Below are positions 1-11,780 of a stretch of DNA of 64,000 nt, piece after piece (position 1 is the stretch's first letter; each line of letters begins with the position of its first letter). Location of the stretch: positions 40,178,001 through 40,242,000 of the forward strand of contig CM119372.1 of assembly GCA_051294905.1 (NCBI GenBank). Reading direction: 5' to 3'. This DNA comes from Botryllus schlosseri (Eukaryota). The notes below the pieces were generated by a model that saw only the letters and a list, made by a program, of their open reading frames with translations, made no database searches and was not told the origin of the DNA. A program made the position numbers and the translations under genes.

Positions 1-166
1 GAAATAAGAAACTATAAGAAATAGCTTAATCAAGTCCATGCATTATTTCGATTTTTAGTACGCATTTTATCAATATTTAAAAAAAGTTTCTTTAGACTCT
101 CGCGGGCCGCACAGAACGGTGTTGCGGGCCGCATGCGTCCCGCGGGCCGTAGTTTGCCCACCCCTG
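1..166. mobile_element. Right end of a hAT (Charlie/MER1-like) non-autonomous element
   Basis: Repeated GCGGGCCGC subterminal motifs ending in ...gtttgcccacccctg (166). The left end is outside the window. Confidence 0.6.
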
Positions 167-675
167 GGCTACACGGTAATATTCACTAGTCATAACGACT
201 CGCCACCGCTACCTAAATGTTGAACTGTCTAACTAAATCCGACGCAACTTCGAGAAATACATGACGAATCGCCCTGAACGCCACAGAAACAAGCGCAGAG
301 CGATCCTGTTTTGGGTGCAGCCATCTGACCGTGACCATTCTGCCGGCTAACAATGGGAGAACAATCGAGTCGTCACTCCAGTCATACTCTGTAGTCTAAC
401 TATATTAGCAATTACGAGAGAAAGTATATTCGCGTTTGCGCTCGCAGAAAGATCGCCAACGATGAAATGTAGGCACAAAATGATTGTCGTATATTAGCGG
501 AAATCTCCGATATCGATATGTCCAGATGCCGAATAGTCCTGTCCTTGCACACTGAGCCCAGCGGGCGGTATACAGTCGACCCGCAATATACCCAAGCGGG
601 CCAAGTAATAATAATGTTACCTTTGAAAATTTTACGTGCCTGGCGCGGCTAGTGGGCAACGCACTCGTTCGTCAA

Positions 676-715
676 TTTCATGTGGCCCTTTAGCCGAAAA
701 GGTTGGCCACCTCTG
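676..715. mobile_element. Right terminus of a second hAT-like element
   Basis: gtggccct...aaaaggttggccacctctg is a typical hAT-Charlie terminal signature. The partner end was not found. Confidence 0.4.
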
Positions 716-1021
716 GTCTATTTAGATTACTAATTTACCCGTAAGTTAGTTATCTATGGTAATCTAGATTCTGTCAGCCGTCAGTAACATCGGATGCAGC
801 AACGAAGACATAGGTGCCACCGTGCCGGCTTGTGACGACATAATGAGTACTTGTCAATTGTCGATAACATCATAGTTGCACTAGAACGCACCATACTCCG
901 TGCCATTGCTGTGTACACTGTACAGCATCAAAATTCTGATGCGGCGTTTTAACACTGGCACTGTACTCGTTAACAGCCCTACAGTTCACTTCAATCTTTA
1001 AATGTGCGATATATTATTCAA

Positions 1022-1874
1022 CTCTAACATATTCAGTCCCTAGAAACTAAATTATCACCGAAGTGCGGCCTGTTCTACAGCCTTGGGCGCTTCATGCCAG
1101 CATGGGTTCTTCTGATACTCTTTAAATCCTTAATCCAATCGAAGTTACATTATGGCATCCTCTGGGGGCTGCCCTCTGGGGGGCTGCCAGTAAAACTGCA
1201 CTCAAGCCACTTCAGAAACTACAGCATAAAGTACTCCGAATCATAGCTAGGGCCCCAAAGGGGCCTGGCTGCCCATCCAATAAGTCGCTGCTGAAGAGAT
1301 TCGGCGTCCTGAACATAGAAGATATGCGGAAACTAGAAATCGCCTAGTTTATGTATCAGTTTCACTGCGGTCGTTGCCCCGAATATTTCAATGACTTCTT
1401 TACCTCTGAATCAAAAGCGCACAAGTACAACACACGTGCGTCCACGTCGTCCAAATATCATATGATCGACCGAAAAGATCATCGCTCCATCAAATATGCC
1501 GGACCTGATGTGTGGAACAGTATCCCGCCGGCCATACGACAGTCGACGAGCATGTCCACGTTCAAGTCGAAATACAAGCAATTACTACTAAATAAATACA
1601 GTCCATCCTCAAGATTACCGGACCACGACTGACCTATCGATCTCGCTTTCCATGACATGCCGCCCTATTTCTTGTCGCATTCTTTTTCTATACTATCTTC
1701 TTTACTTTCATTCAGTGTGCATGCCTCCTCTTTACATCGCCTAGGCCAAGGTGGGTGTCAGATTCCATAGACTACTCCTTGTCGCTTCGACATCTTCCTG
1801 TCTTTTCATTGTATCGCATTTTGTGGTGTATTGAACTGATAAAATTGCTAATAAACCAATGATGATGATGATGA
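1022..1874 (+). mobile_element. 5'-truncated CR1/L2-group LINE (degenerate ORF2 C-terminus plus 3' UTR)
   Basis: Translates to SLIQSKLHYGIL..WG..LQKLQHKVLRII...HKYNTR...SIKYAGPDVWNSIP...STFKSKYKQLLL with a stop and a frameshift. Ends in AATAAA followed by an (ATG)n tail at ~1850-1874. Confidence 0.8.
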
Positions 1875-2791
1875 ACTGTAGTAAGAGCAATATGGGCGGA
1901 TATAACGACGTGATCAATAGAAATTCGATTTGTACAAATGGCCAATGGTTTGACGTTCAACATTGGTGCACTCGTTACCAGTCCATCCGGTGTCGCTCAA
2001 GTTTATCTGAATATCATATCTTCCCGTTAAAACGAATCGAACAATCGAATTAAACACTGCGCCATGCACATTGCGCCTTGCCCATAACGAATTAAACTAT
2101 ACAGTATACACATTGCACATTTACAAGTTTACGAAACAGATGATTACAAATTGGAGATCGCATATCAAATCAATAATTTGTCTCCAACATAAAATACCAT
2201 GGTGTTTTGGGCTACTCTTCTGCCATCCCCTATTTACGCTCGAACATCCTTACTGGAGTGAATGACGATGATGCGCAGTAATGAATTCCAATTAGCATGC
2301 ATAATTGCATACTCAATAACACTGTCCAATTTCGCGTCCCGATTGAAGAACTATCACAAAAGAACGAGTGTTTGCTCATCCGATTCATAGCAACGATGAG
2401 ATGGAATTTCTCGGCTCGTGCTCGTCATATCGACATGTGCAACGAAATCACGTTTTTATCCTATCTCTCATTTCCCGTAATACATAGTGACCATTATTTC
2501 CGAACCGTATACCAACAAGGTTATGCTGATGATGAAATTGCGGATATGCCGAATACCCACAATATTCACAGGCATATTTCGCATACCGAGGTTCGGCACT
2601 AATGTATGAAAATTGAACATTGAACAATGAACATACCACTGCTCTGCTGTTAAATCCCCAGGAACATGGTTAGTCCGAAAAGGAAGCGCCAAAGAGGAAA
2701 AGATTCTTAATTTCGCGAAGGCCTGCTGTTGAATTATGTGAACTCAGCAGATATGGTTGTTGCACATATAATAGCATCTTATGAAATAGGT

Positions 2792-2920
2792 CGGAGCCGG
2801 AGCCACCCCTCAAATAACTGGCTCCAGCTCCGGCTCCGGCTGAATTTTATGTAGAGCTCCGGCTCCAGCTCCGGTAAAAATGCACGGCTCCGGGGCTCCG
2901 GCTCCGGCTCCGACGCCCTG
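2792..2920. mobile_element. hAT-type MITE end with GGCTCC/GGAGCC subterminal repeats
   Basis: Tandem ggctcc units ending in ...ccgacgccctg (CAGGGCG terminus on the - strand). Confidence 0.55.
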
Positions 2921-3289
2921 ACTGCAACCATTAGAGATGACATAAGAAAAACACCACGGCCTATATAACTAAACTGGCAGTCGAGGCGATAAAAATACGC
3001 TGGTCGTCATAATAATATAATGTTGGAAGTGAATGGAAATAAATGTTAAAAATAACAGCGGGAGAGACAGTGTAGGGGTTACGATAAGCGCCCACCAAGC
3101 AGAAAGCTTCAACAGTCCGCTCCGACAACTGGCCAGCCTTTCGAAACCATGCGCATTTGCGCAGCCAGTGGAAATCGTCTATAGTTTGTATAAAGTCTGA
3201 TCACTGACGACGGAAATGCTGCTGACTATTATTTTGTGTCTTACTCACTGAGCTTACTTCATAGCTTTGCACCTAACGGTGACAAGAAG

Positions 3290-3435
3290 CTGAGTATCGC
3301 GGCCGCGCGGCGTCGCTTTAAAAAACATCGATTGGCGCGCATGCGTCGCGAAAAGTTCGATCTTCATTCGTCGCTTGCTCACAGTCGCGTATAGTCGCGA
3401 AATTTTGCTCAGCCGTTTACTCGGAAAACACCAAA
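3290..3435 (+). promoter_or_regulatory. Probable SmB promoter / 5' region
   Basis: CpG-rich patch just upstream of the ATG, with an inverted CCAAT (ATTGG 3331-3335) and an NRF1-like GCGCATGCG (3337-3345). Confidence 0.4.
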
Positions 3436-3966
3436 ATGCCGCCCAAGGGAGGCTCGAAGCTCAACAACCACATTAATTTTCGCATGCGATGCATTCTCCA
3501 AGACGGCAGAACCTTCATCGGCACGTTTAAAGCATTCGATAAGCACATGAACCTCATCCTCGTGGATTGCGACGAGTTCCGAAGGATCCGACCCAAGAAA
3601 GGTTCGACTGACAGAGAAGAGAAGCGAACTCTAGGTCTCGTACTGCTACGCGGCGAACATTTGGTTTCTATGTCTGTTGAAGGGCCCCCACCTCAAGAAA
3701 AAGGCTTTGTGGGCAACCCAATGGCTGGAGGAGATCACGGCCCCGGTCAAAGTCGTGTTGCGGGCAGAGGTATGGCAGGACCAGGAGGTCCGGCGCCTGG
3801 CTTACGGGGTCCAGTACAGGGCGTTGGTGGGCCCGCACAGGGTTCCATGATGCCTCAGAGAGGGCCTGGAGGGTTTGGACCGCCTGGTATGAGAGGGCCG
3901 CCTCCTGGAATGGGCCCGCCACCCGGCATGGGTCGTGGATTTGGAGGATACGGGGGTGGATATTGA
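3436..3966 (+). CDS. SNRPB: Small nuclear ribonucleoprotein SmB/B' (Sm core protein), single coding exon, 176 aa
   Basis: Sm1/Sm2 motifs ([57 protein letters not shown]), followed by a Gly/Pro/RG-rich tail with [11 protein letters not shown] and [11 protein letters not shown]. Confidence 0.96.
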   Translation: MPPKGGSKLNNHINFRMRCILQDGRTFIGTFKAFDKHMNLILVDCDEFRRIRPKKGSTDREEKRTLGLVLLRGEHLVSMSVEGPPPQEKGFVGNPMAGGDHGPGQSRVAGRGMAGPGGPAPGLRGPVQGVGGPAQGSMMPQRGPGGFGPPGMRGPPPGMGPPPGMGRGFGGYGGGY

Positions 3967-4767
3967 GACAAATGATGCAAACTAATTGGGTCAATTCTCG
4001 ACTTTAAACGCGTTATACAAATGACTGCACCTGTTGATTTCGTGAGTTTTGATCATGTTATTAAAAATGCTTAGTTTTCAAAATTTGCTACTCCATTATT
4101 TCACAAGCAGTTTTCAGTGTAATGCACCAATAGTTGTGGTTAGGCAGCTGCTAGAAGTGACTTGGAGCTGCATCGCTTTCCATGCTGTGAGATGGCAGAG
4201 GTTTTTCCTTGAACACCTGTATGTTTTTAGTCGAGTCCAGTTATACTTTTGTTTTCAACAACTTGTGACCTGATGTCCTAGACAACTATATCTTGACAAT
4301 ACCGAAGAAGCTGCATTTTACATTTGATCAATCACGATTTGCTGTCTATATTTCCTAATCGTCTGGTGTCCTTGGCACGCAGTCATCCCGACATAGTTGG
4401 CAATTACGGTTGCCAGGATTTTGTGGTCCGCAAAAAGTATGTATACTTTTGCATAGTGGCCAGAATCAATAGATAAAAATTGAAAAATGAAGTTAAACTC
4501 GTCAGCCAAAACAGTTAATTGTTACTGCCTTACTGGGAAACGCTTTACTGACCTTATCTGGTATTATAGGTCCAATCAATTTTCAACGTTGACAATTGTG
4601 TTTTTTGAAGAGCGGTCCATAGAGCAAAAAAGGTTGTGGATTCCTGTAATATTGCACACAATCAGCATGCAGTGTTGACTGCCTAATAAAAATCGTCTGT
4701 CCACCGCAAATGCTATAAATTGATTTCGGCCCGTCAATACTGTCACCAGACAGTCTATATATATAGC

Positions 4768-6008
4768 CAGGGTTGCCATACCGTCCTTATTTCTAAGATT
4801 TGTCCTTATTTTGAAGGGCCACGTCTTAGAAAACTCAACTGTCCTTATTTCTAAGAAATGTCCTTATTTTCGACTTGCGTCCTTATTTTGTCTTATTTTC
4901 AACCACTACTGAACTTCAATCGTTTTCCTCTGGTATCTGGGATGCATAATATTCTAAAATTATGCTTTTTCGTCGAGATTTTATGATATTATAACTGAAA
5001 GGAACTCTTGTGACGTACACACACACCACAAGATTTGACTTCTAAGTGGTGAGATAGCTAGGGCAGTGAGTGGTGGTATAGCAATTTCGTCTGTACCAAG
5101 CTACCACACCGGACGTCATTTTAGCAGTAAACAGCAGTGCCAGGTTCCTGCGGTTTGTTCTGCGGCAGAGTAAGCTCAAGCTGTGGGGAAAGCAGCATTT
5201 ATTGTGTAGTGAAAAAGGGCGCAGTGCAGTCGACACATTGGTTAAAAAGTAGTAAAGCTATAAATCATTGATCAATTTATCTAAATTATATTGCACTTGC
5301 GCATATAGTTTTAGCTACTGATGCTAAATCTGATTAGTTAAAATGAGCAGCCGTAAAAACGTTTTTCGTGACGATTATGAGAGAGCATCCTGAAGTATCT
5401 AACAAAGCTTGAAGGGCGAGTGTTTCCCACTTTGCAATATCTGCAATTGTGTCAATAACCTGGAGGGAGGCCATAGGAAAGACCGCTATTTCAACTCACA
5501 TTTATTGCCCAAAACACAAGAAGTGTAATTTGAGCTAGTCGATGAATAATTTTTCCACAAGTCGATCAGCACCAACGACCGCAGACTACAAGGCAGCTGC
5601 TGCAGTGGGTACCTGGGCATTCCATACTGTCAAAACCGGTGGTGTACGGCCTTTTTCCATCTTGGTTGACGCCACTAATTACAACGAGGTGAAGAAGTTT
5701 GGTTTATCACCGTATGAGGGGGGGCAAGACCAACGTAGGCATATGTTGTTGTTTTTTTTTGGGGGGGGGCTGACGAAGTGCTGTTTCAGCCCTGAGTATA
5801 GGTAAATCTAGACCTGAGCTGTCGTGACATCCATAAAGAACTTTCTAATAACAAGGATTTGCTAGAGCAGATTGTTTCTGGCGAAAAGTATGGAATGTGA
5901 TATGCCACGGCTCGTATAAATACAATGTATATGTACAAAAATGCTTTTTCATGCTAATCTCATTTTTCGAGTGTCCTTATTTTTGGGTCCATGTCGATGG
6001 CAACCCTG
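4768..6008 (+). mobile_element. Internally deleted hAT element, copy 1
   Basis: CAGGGTTGCC TIRs and a perfect 8-bp TSD TATATAGC (4760-4767/6009-6016). GTCCTTATTT subterminal repeats. Transposase remnants: BED-like CxxC..H..H near 5343-5525 and FSILVDAT. Confidence 0.88.
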
Positions 6009-7898
6009 TATATAGCACATGGTTCAAGCCTCGTCATACCCTAAAATCGATGTTCTTCACACGAGTAAACTCGAAAATCATCGAGTGTAGTAAATTTGGC
6101 AATGTGAATGTGTTGTTTGTTGCAAAAATTCCAATCATGCGCAATTAACTTGCAAAGAGCGGTCTAATATCCGCCCCGGATCTATGATGTGCAAGAGTTT
6201 TGAAAAAGATTTGTTGTGCCAATACCAGTACCGTAACTACATACTTGAGTGAGTTAAGGTGATGTGAAGAATCTTCCATTGCATAGTGCATCACAGCTTT
6301 TTCCGTTATTAGCATGTGCGATTTGTGCATCAAACTATTCATGTTCATGTTGCGCTTGCCAAAATTATTTACCGTTAAATTTACAACTCTAAAATTTCAA
6401 ATCAGCAGTACCAGTGTGATGACTACTCAAATTTCAATCATTTCTGACTGACACGCCTATTTCGTGCGTGGGGTTACCAAAGCTGATTAGTGTCATTGTT
6501 AACACTGGGTACATGGCAGACGTCTCCATTAGAATGAAGGAAATTTAGAAATAAACTCGAAGGCGGGACAGCTATCTGGTCACCGCGCTGGTTGGTTAAC
6601 TCCTGCTATTTCCATTACACTTGTTCAAGGTGGGCTACTGGATTTTCATTCATAACTCACTAGGACTATTTACTTTTCAATAACTACTCACTTTTAAAAT
6701 CTCGCAACTAGAACTGATGACTTTAAAAATCTACAATTAATTGGATTCAATTCTGAAGCAACTTTTAATCTTTATTTTATCGTAATCGGCATTCCACATG
6801 AAAGTCGGTACAAATTTGATGGGGAAGTCGTTTCAAGCTCAAACCCACTCCTTCGGTATGCCACTGTTAGTAGCGGTAACTCTGAGCTAGCGATGGCTGC
6901 AAGAACATTACACATCAGAGAATCGGTATTACGATTCACGTCAAACAAGGACGCACGTTTTATATTTGTTGGACAACTAATATATTTTTTATGCGCAAGT
7001 AGAACTAGAACCACTCACTTTTCAAAATCTGTAACTATAACCACTCAAAAACCAGTAGTGAGGTGAGTCAGGTGACCGCCAACCAACTGGATCGGCAGTT
7101 CGCACCAGTCTTAAAAGCATTTTAAATCAGTTGAATAATCAGAAAATGCCGACGACCACCATAAAATGTCACAAAGATAACGCGAAACTTTCACACCAGT
7201 TTTAAAGATTTTTATTGAATTAGAAAAGGTGAAAAGTGGTTACCCCGATATATTATCAGTACATCTCACAATGAGACCGTAGTGCATTCAAAAATATAGA
7301 TCGTGCATATGTTAGATACAGCAGAGCAGTAAGTTTTTACATAAGGATCGCAGCAAATTTCAGAAGCGTTTGAGGCATGGGCAGAATAAAATCACAAAAC
7401 CCTGAAATATACGTGGATCATGGATCGCATGGAAGGCTTCCACAATAACAGCCTTTATGAATTGCAGTTTGAATCTGAGCAAATCCCAAATCTATGGGGT
7501 TGTTGTTGCTATGGTAGGTCAAGACAGCCGAGCAACGAAGTGCTTGTACGTTTTTCCAGTTCTGCCTTGTTGCACTACTCACTCAAGTGCTTATATATGT
7601 TTTGACACCACTTCCACTCGACAGTTTGTAGGCAAAATAACTTGAAGTTTTGAAAACTACAAGGCAGTTATATCGCCAACCATAGTATCACGCTAACTGA
7701 ATATGTATTATAAAATTTCATCTATTCATAGTGTGAATATACATCTGTCAATTTTGAAAGTGGAGACCTATGATTACCTGCTAATACTATGCAACTCCAC
7801 GAGTAGTTTTGACATGTCGTAGAAATTGCTACTTGTTATTGAGCATATATTCATCATGTTACTTTTACAATGGTGCCTACATTAGCCAGCTCTTGGAT

Positions 7899-8466
7899 AT
7901 GCACATTAGGGCTGTTCAAAAATAAGTTTTCTCCCGGATTTCAGCCATTCACTGATTAAATTGTCAGGTTACTTAAAAAAACGCTGCACACCAAATTTGA
8001 TTCAATGCTAACAAATATACGACTCGGCAGATCCAATCAGGAAAAATTTTTCTGTCGACCCCACGAAATTGTTGAGCTGTCTTCAAAGACGATGTAAAAC
8101 AAATTTGAGTCAATTCAAACGAGCGGACTTATTCCAGTTTTTCGTTGATAATTCTCAGATTATCCTTGATCGTTGGATTATTAACGAAAAACTCAAATAA
8201 TTCCGCTTCTATTCGTTGAAATTGACTCAAATTTGTTTCGTATCGATTTTGAGGACAGCTCAACAATTTCGTGGGGTCGACAGAAAAATTTTGTTCAAAA
8301 TTTTTCCTATTAAATTAAAAATTTAAATTAGATCTGTGGAGTCGTATAATTTTTAGACTTGAATCAAATTTGGTATGCAGCGTTTTTTTGGGTAACCTGA
8401 CAATTCAATCAGTGAATGGCTTGAACCCGGGAAAAAAAGTTATTTTTGAACAGCCTTAATGTACAT
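7899..8466. mobile_element. Palindromic MITE (~570 bp); related ends at ~13069 and ~30635
   Basis: Ends are atgcacattagggctgttcaaaaataa / ttatttttgaacagccttaatgtacat. The two halves are inverted copies along most of their length. Confidence 0.75.
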
Positions 8467-8498
8467 ACTTGCTCACAGAGGTGGTCAATAACGAAGTA

Positions 8499-9787
8499 CC
8501 GTAAACCAGGGTGACTTTGGACTTAACGGTAACTTTGGACACTAAGCAGTAAAAGATTTACATGGTTATTGATGGAAAAGGGTGGCCGCTGGATGTCCAA
8601 ATCTTTTTCACGAGGCAACAGTACCACAAGTAGTCTCAATAAAAGGTGGATTCATTTCACTACCAGATAAACTTGCCCCAGCATTGATAAATTAATGGCA
8701 GGGGTCAATTTCATCAAGATTGATGGCCATTAAACTTCTTACAACCAAACATAGATAACATGTGTTTCATAGATTCAAAACTTGGCAGCAGATACCTTCA
8801 AGTAGTCTTAATCCATGGCAAAAATCTCAGTAGGCTCACCCTTAGATCAATACAAGAAAATGTGATGTCCAAAGTTACCCCGTCAAATTTTATCAGAACG
8901 GGGTAACTTTGGACAGTTGTAAATGTGATATTTAGAGCTCTGGAAAGTGGCTGCTTCATCTGTGTCAAAGTGTATCGTCAACTATATTCCTTATGACCGG
9001 CCTGATGGCTTTTTAAAATGGAACGAGAAGGTTAATAAATTAAGAGTTTGCCAAAATATGAAAAATGGGTAGGCACAATAAGCCGAGAGATTGTAATCGG
9101 GTGTCAGCTACTTCAAAAACTTATCACATACTCATAAAGATGTGCCTGCTGAATATGGGATATCGTAAATTACGGCAAATATATCCGTCAGAGGACATAG
9201 CAAAGGCAAAATGTATCTTTTAAAGAACAGTAGTATATTTGAAATAGGCAATAAATCACGGAAACATGCTTAATGTTTGGTGTCGATTGCTGTCACTGCC
9301 AGTGGGACACCCCTTATCACAATGTCTTATTTATAAGTCCCAATTGGTGAAGGCATGAGGGAAAATTGAGATAAGGGATGAAGAAGGGGGCATTAGCCTT
9401 CATAAACTACCTATTTTTTTTTGGTGGGGATTAGGTAAAAATCATGCAATAGGCCAGACATTTCCTATTTTGTTTCAGTTTTAGCCACTGCTCTCATCAA
9501 CACTTACCAAATAAGCCTCATTTACAAGGTTTCATAAACAATAGAGTGTAAAGGCATACAAAAGACAACATTGCCCAAAGTTACCCCACATGCCGGGGTA
9601 ACTTTGGACACGGATAATTTACAAAAATAAGGTACTGATTTGTGACCATGAAGATTTTGGATTAGTTAATTCTAATCTTTGCTCCATGACTCCTGAAAAA
9701 CACAAAACTTGCGTCCCCTTCACCCTAGCATTTCCATGATACAAAGCGGAATTGTTGAAAATTGTCCAAAGTTACCCTGGTTTACGG
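8499..9787. mobile_element. Tc1/mariner-pogo-type non-autonomous element
   Basis: TIR ccgtaaaccagggt(g/a)actttggac at both ends, flanked by TA. Internal copies of gtccaaagttacccc. Confidence 0.82.
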
Positions 9788-10495
9788 TACTTCTACTTCT
9801 ACTTGACAGTTTCCAGTTTTACAGGCAAAAGTAGGTGTAGATTGCCTGCCTACTTGCTTACTTGTGAACCAGCACTACTACTTCTACTCGAGTAGAAATT
9901 CCGGCATTACTTCTACTTTGACTTGAGTAGCAACATATCACAATGGGATATATAAATGTTTGTACAATTAAATAGTATATTGATATTGAAATGAACCCGA
10001 ATATTTTCGGCTGACACTCGTCAGGGGTAATCGTCAGCAACTAGTAGAGAATTGGAAAGAACATTGTATATCAACAATAAATGTTTGTCGTTGTTTTTTG
10101 GCTTTGTCAGTACTTCGCATGAAACCGGCCGCCGGTTGAATCTTCATCAATCTACACCAATTCAAGGTTGTAATGACTCTCTAGTGACAATCTTCAGAGA
10201 ATCTCATGCTACAAAGACCATAAATTAGGTAATTAATATCTCATAAGAGCCACACAAGAAAACCAGCCTCTACGAAGTGCGGTTTGAATTTAAAAACGTC
10301 GTGGCCATCAGCACCATGGCTGTATCAATTTCATCAATGTCACACAGAGTGCAATGGAATTTGTTTGGTCGAAAATACCAAATCATCTTTAATGCGATGT
10401 AGAATTGGCATTATCGTATTTGTAGTCGTATAAAATGTTCATAATTGAACTTTCCGCACCATCCATACTGTTATGACGTCATCATGATTCATGAG

Positions 10496-11000
10496 TAGGG
10501 CTGGGCAAAATCGAGTACCCGAGTGATTCGATTCTGAATCACGTAATATGCTTCGAGTCGAGTCGAGTATTCGAGTCTCACTCATTATGACGTAATAACA
10601 TATTCTAGTATGTCAGATTTCAAACATGTACCCTTTATACCGCCACAAAGAATATATTGCCTCTTTTAGGTCACATAAAGGACACTTTGGTATTTTTTCG
10701 ACCATACCGATTTCATTGCACTTTGTGACAATGTTGTGGGATGATAATGACTTCGGAAATGCGTTATTTCCATAACGTTCGTAGGTTTGTACTGTATGTT
10801 TCGTATGCTGCAATACGGTTAATCACGGTTTCGAGGCTTCCACAGTAAAAATAGTATTGGAACTATAATTTTCGTTCATAAATTAACATTCAGCGTATAA
10901 TTTCACTACTCGAAAAAATAGTCTTTTACTACTCGACTCGAATCATTAAAATTAATACTCGATTCAGATTCGAGTACTCGAATCATTGTGCCCAGCCCTA
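10496..11000 (+). mobile_element. hAT MITE (TAGGGCTGGGCA termini), copy 1
   Basis: TIRs plus a perfect 8-bp TSD TTCATGAG (10488-10495/11001-11008). ACTCGA subterminal repeats. Confidence 0.9.
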
Positions 11001-11780
11001 TTCATGAGTGATACTCAAGTCAAATGCTCGACTCCAAACTTTATACTCGATTCAGTCGGGCATATCATTTTTCTCAGTCCTAGTTGAGATAAATGATGAC
11101 ATTGACGCTACTCAAGTAAAACAATGATATAGTTTGTGAAGGAAACGAGATAGTAACCCACATTGGGTCTGAAGTAGAACAGTGAAATAGATCCAGGTAG
11201 GATCGACATAGTTGTTGATATCGATGCTACTCGGGTATATTTAGCGACATTGACAAGTTAGAAGTAGTAGAATGAAGTATTTCGTGGTAGATCCTGACAT
11301 TGATACTACTCAAGTAGAATAGTTGGCGACATTGACAAAATAGATACACCAAGCACCATGATATGACTTGCGGACAGGATACAGTGATGCGAGTGTTCGC
11401 ATTTGAATTGCGGATTCATTCTAATGATTCAAGTATAGAAGTGAAAGATGATTTTTTGGAGTACTCAAATTACATGTTCCTTGCCACAGAGTTTTGATGA
11501 TATCTATAAACCTAGATTGCTTACATCGCATCATACGAAACATGCAGTTTACGAAGCTACACGCATTAGTGGTCATGATACATCTGTGAAGTAGCGATCA
11601 ACCCACAGCATCATCACAAAGTGCAATGAAATAGGCTTGCTCGAAAAAATACCAAATCACCTTGAACTCTCCACATCATACTGTTGTGGTTGTGGTGTGA
11701 TAATCGGTGATACTCGATTTCCGAATGGAAGCACTCAGGTGCTCGATTTTGCCCAGCTTTGGTGATCGGCCTTGAAAATG

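Noticed and set aside
3668..3994. Antisense ORF over SmB (likewise 11974-12327, 20555-21225, 25229-25912 and 54906-55725)
   Set aside because: Shadow frames of real coding sequence on the opposite strand.
9790..11760. Degenerate ctactc(a/g)agtagaa repeats and a duplicated block (10340-10480 versus 11615-11690)
   Set aside because: Short, old and without termini or an ORF; I could not support any specific call.
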